A stretch of 64,000 nucleotides of DNA from Calditrichia bacterium (GTDB lineage Bacteria > Calditrichota > Calditrichia > JAJRVZ01): positions 96,001 to 160,000 of the forward strand of contig CAVZSQ010000003.1 in the NCBI GenBank assembly GCA_963777955.1. The letters are read 5' to 3'. Below are positions 61,925 through 64,000 of the stretch, in pieces; the first letter of the stretch is position 1, and each line of letters starts with the position of its first letter. A program made the translations under genes and the position numbers. The notes beneath the pieces were generated by a model that saw nothing but the letters and a program-made list of their open reading frames with translations, was not told the DNA's origin and made no database searches.

Positions 61925-63775
61925 GTGCAGATTCTGGGTATTTCCGCTTTTTATCATGATAGTGCTGCCGCCCTGGTTACAGACGGCGAGATTCGTGCGG
62001 CGGTACAGGAAGAACGCTTCACCCGCAAGAAACACGATTTCGAGTTTCCGGAAAACGCGATCAACTACTGTCTGCAGGCCGGCAAACTGCAGGCCGGCAA
62101 ACTGCAGGCCGGCAAACTGCGTGCCGGCGACCTGGACTATGTGGTCTTTTATGATAAACCGTTTCTTAAATTTGAAAGAATCCTGGAAACATACCTGCAA
62201 TATGCTCCCTATGGTTTTAGGTCCTTCCGCAAAGCAATACCCCTGTGGTTGAAAAGAAAACTGTGGATTAAGAGTTTGATTGAAGAAGCCCTGCCGGACT
62301 TCCGGGGCAAGGTTTTATTTACCGAGCATCATCAATCCCATGCGGCCTCGGCCTTTTATCCATCCCCTTTCAATAAAGCGGCCATCATTACCACCGATGG
62401 CGTGGGTGAATGGACCACCACCAGTATCGGTTACGGTGAGCAAAATAAAATAAAGATTCTGCAGGAAATCTATTTTCCTCATTCCCTGGGTATGCTCTAT
62501 TCTGCCTTTACTTATTACACCGGTTTTAAGGTCAATTCAGGCGAGTATAAAGTGATGGGCCTGGCCCCTTATGGCAATCCAGTCTATGTGCAGAAAATTC
62601 TGGACAATCTTATCGATATAAAAGACGACGGATCTTTTAAATTAAATATGAAGTATTTTAATTATACTTCCGGTCTGACCATGACCAGCCGTCATTTTGA
62701 CCGCCTGTTCGGAGGCGTTCCACGTAAACCGGAATCGCCCATGCGGCAGATCGATATGGATCTGGCCCGTTCGGTGCAGGATGTCATTGAAACTGTTCTG
62801 AATAATATGGCCCGTTTTGCCCGGAAAGAGACCGGAGCCTCGAAACTGTGTCTGGCCGGCGGGGTTGCTCTTAATTGCGTGGCTAACAGCAAGGTTCTTA
62901 GTCAGGGATTATTCGAGGATATCTGGATTCAGCCGGCAGCCGGGGACGCCGGGGGAGCACTGGGGGCTGCGCTGGCGGTATGGTATCAGTATCTGGGGAA
63001 TCCCAGATCAGGGACCGCTGAGCATGATCAGCAAAAGGGATCGTACCTGGGTCCTGAGTATGCCGATGCTGATATTTTGAATTTTTTAGAGCAGGAACAT
63101 ATTCCATTCAAAAATTATACCGAGACGGAGTTACCGGAGCAGACTGCCGGATTGATTGCAGCCGGCAAAGTGATCGGCTGGTTTCAGGGACGCATGGAAT
63201 ATGGTCCGCGGGCTCTGGGTACCCGCAGCATCCTCGGCGATGCCCGTAATCCCGAAATGCAGAAACGTATGAATCTCAAGATCAAATTCCGTGAATCATT
63301 CCGTCCTTTTGCACCCGCGGTGCTGGCAGAAGAGGCCAATAATTATTTCGTTTTTGACCGGGAAAGCCCTTATATGTTATTTACTGCCGCGGTAAAGCCG
63401 GAATTGCGGCGCGATATGACTGCGGAAGAAAAATCGCGTTTTGGCCTGGATAAACTGAATGTGGTTCGTTCCAGTCTGCCGGCTATTACTCACATCGATT
63501 ACTCCGCGCGATTGCAGACTGTGCACCGGGAGACCAATCCCGGATTCTGGCGCTTGCTCAAAGCGTTTCATAAACTGACCGGTTGTGCAGTGATCATCAA
63601 TACCTCTTTCAATGTCCGCGGCGAGCCGATTGTGTGCACGCCCCGGCATGCTTACAAATGTTTCATGCGTACGGCAATGGATTATCTGGTGTTGGGGAAT
63701 TATATCCTGGCTAAAACGGATCAACCGGAAGAGTTGAAACTGAAATATGAACAGGAAAAATTCGAACTGGATTAA
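61925..63775 (+). CDS. Carbamoyltransferase (NodU/CmcH family)
   Basis: GISAFYHDSAAA, EERFTRKKH, HHQSHAASAF, GEYKVMGLA, GRMEYGPRALG, NTSFN. Confidence 0.94.
   Translation: MQILGISAFYHDSAAALVTDGEIRAAVQEERFTRKKHDFEFPENAINYCLQAGKLQAGKLQAGKLRAGDLDYVVFYDKPFLKFERILETYLQYAPYGFRSFRKAIPLWLKRKLWIKSLIEEALPDFRGKVLFTEHHQSHAASAFYPSPFNKAAIITTDGVGEWTTTSIGYGEQNKIKILQEIYFPHSLGMLYSAFTYYTGFKVNSGEYKVMGLAPYGNPVYVQKILDNLIDIKDDGSFKLNMKYFNYTSGLTMTSRHFDRLFGGVPRKPESPMRQIDMDLARSVQDVIETVLNNMARFARKETGASKLCLAGGVALNCVANSKVLSQGLFEDIWIQPAAGDAGGALGAALAVWYQYLGNPRSGTAEHDQQKGSYLGPEYADADILNFLEQEHIPFKNYTETELPEQTAGLIAAGKVIGWFQGRMEYGPRALGTRSILGDARNPEMQKRMNLKIKFRESFRPFAPAVLAEEANNYFVFDRESPYMLFTAAVKPELRRDMTAEEKSRFGLDKLNVVRSSLPAITHIDYSARLQTVHRETNPGFWRLLKAFHKLTGCAVIINTSFNVRGEPIVCTPRHAYKCFMRTAMDYLVLGNYILAKTDQPEELKLKYEQEKFELD
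62072..62131 (+). repeat. In-frame 15-bp tandem repeat (3 perfect copies plus 1 degenerate)
   Basis: CTGCAGGCCGGCAAA x3 then CTGCGTGCCGGCGAC, encoding LQAGK LQAGK LQAGK LRAGD. Confidence 0.9.
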
Positions 63776-63778
63776 AAG

Positions 63779-64000
63779 GTGAAAGAACAACCGCAAAATA
63801 CCAGCAAAGATCTGCGAAAATTCTCGCTGGGGCTATCGGTAATTTTGATGCTGCTGGCCCTGGCCCAGTATTTCTGGGACGGGAAATTGTATGTATATTT
63901 TCTGCTGGCCGGTTCAGCGAGTCTGTCGATCGGCCTGATTTTTCCTGCCTGGATGAAACCGCTGCAATGGCTGATGATCAGGATCGGCAACGTGATGAAC
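63779..64000 (+). CDS. SxtJ family membrane protein, partial
   Basis: GTG start; KDLRKFSL, TM segments, P...KPL...M.IG..M; typical neighbour of this carbamoyltransferase family. Confidence 0.75.
   Translation, partial: MKEQPQNTSKDLRKFSLGLSVILMLLALAQYFWDGKLYVYFLLAGSASLSIGLIFPAWMKPLQWLMIRIGNVMN

Noticed and set aside
61925..64000. Saxitoxin biosynthesis cluster
   Set aside because: No sxtA, sxtG or other core genes are visible, and the sxtI/J-like pair is widespread.

Overview
A 64 kb stretch of bacterial chromosome with about 55 genes. No rRNA, tRNA, CRISPR array, integrase or transposase was recognised. Two proteins carry NYPNPFNPST-type C-terminal sorting domains and the chaperone order is hrcA-grpE-dnaJ, which suggests a diderm FCB-related lineage such as Calditrichota or KSB1 (inference). 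From left to right: a large beta-propeller/Y_Y_Y sensor fused to a CheA-like Hpt-HATPase kinase (runs off the left edge and is missing from the ORF track); TolB-like, SMP-30 and GPH sugar transporter genes; a DUF362 cluster with an internally deleted creD; ABC exporters; a glucosylglycerate/osmostress operon (phosphatase, Ggs-like GT2, MscS-type TM protein, GpgS, Kef antiporter); a stand-alone GMP-synthase ATPPase subunit; sodB; two tiny signal-peptide ORFs; hflX, BatA, ftsEX, hrcA-grpE-dnaJ, comEA, queG, glmM; a secreted creatininase-family protein; two paralogous Cys-rich 4Fe-4S proteins; a MacAB-like set; a decayed GxxExxY element; a VWA lipoprotein/membrane protein pair; a secreted M16C peptidase; a CysK/CBS-family enzyme; an actinobacterial-type SecA2; DUF1028, pirin, and a carbamoyltransferase-SxtJ pair. 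About 13 genes are split by single-base indels, mostly +1 insertions, which most likely are long-read errors. Several families of palindromic REP/MITE-like elements lie in intergenic regions. Family assignments come from motif recognition only; no searches were run.
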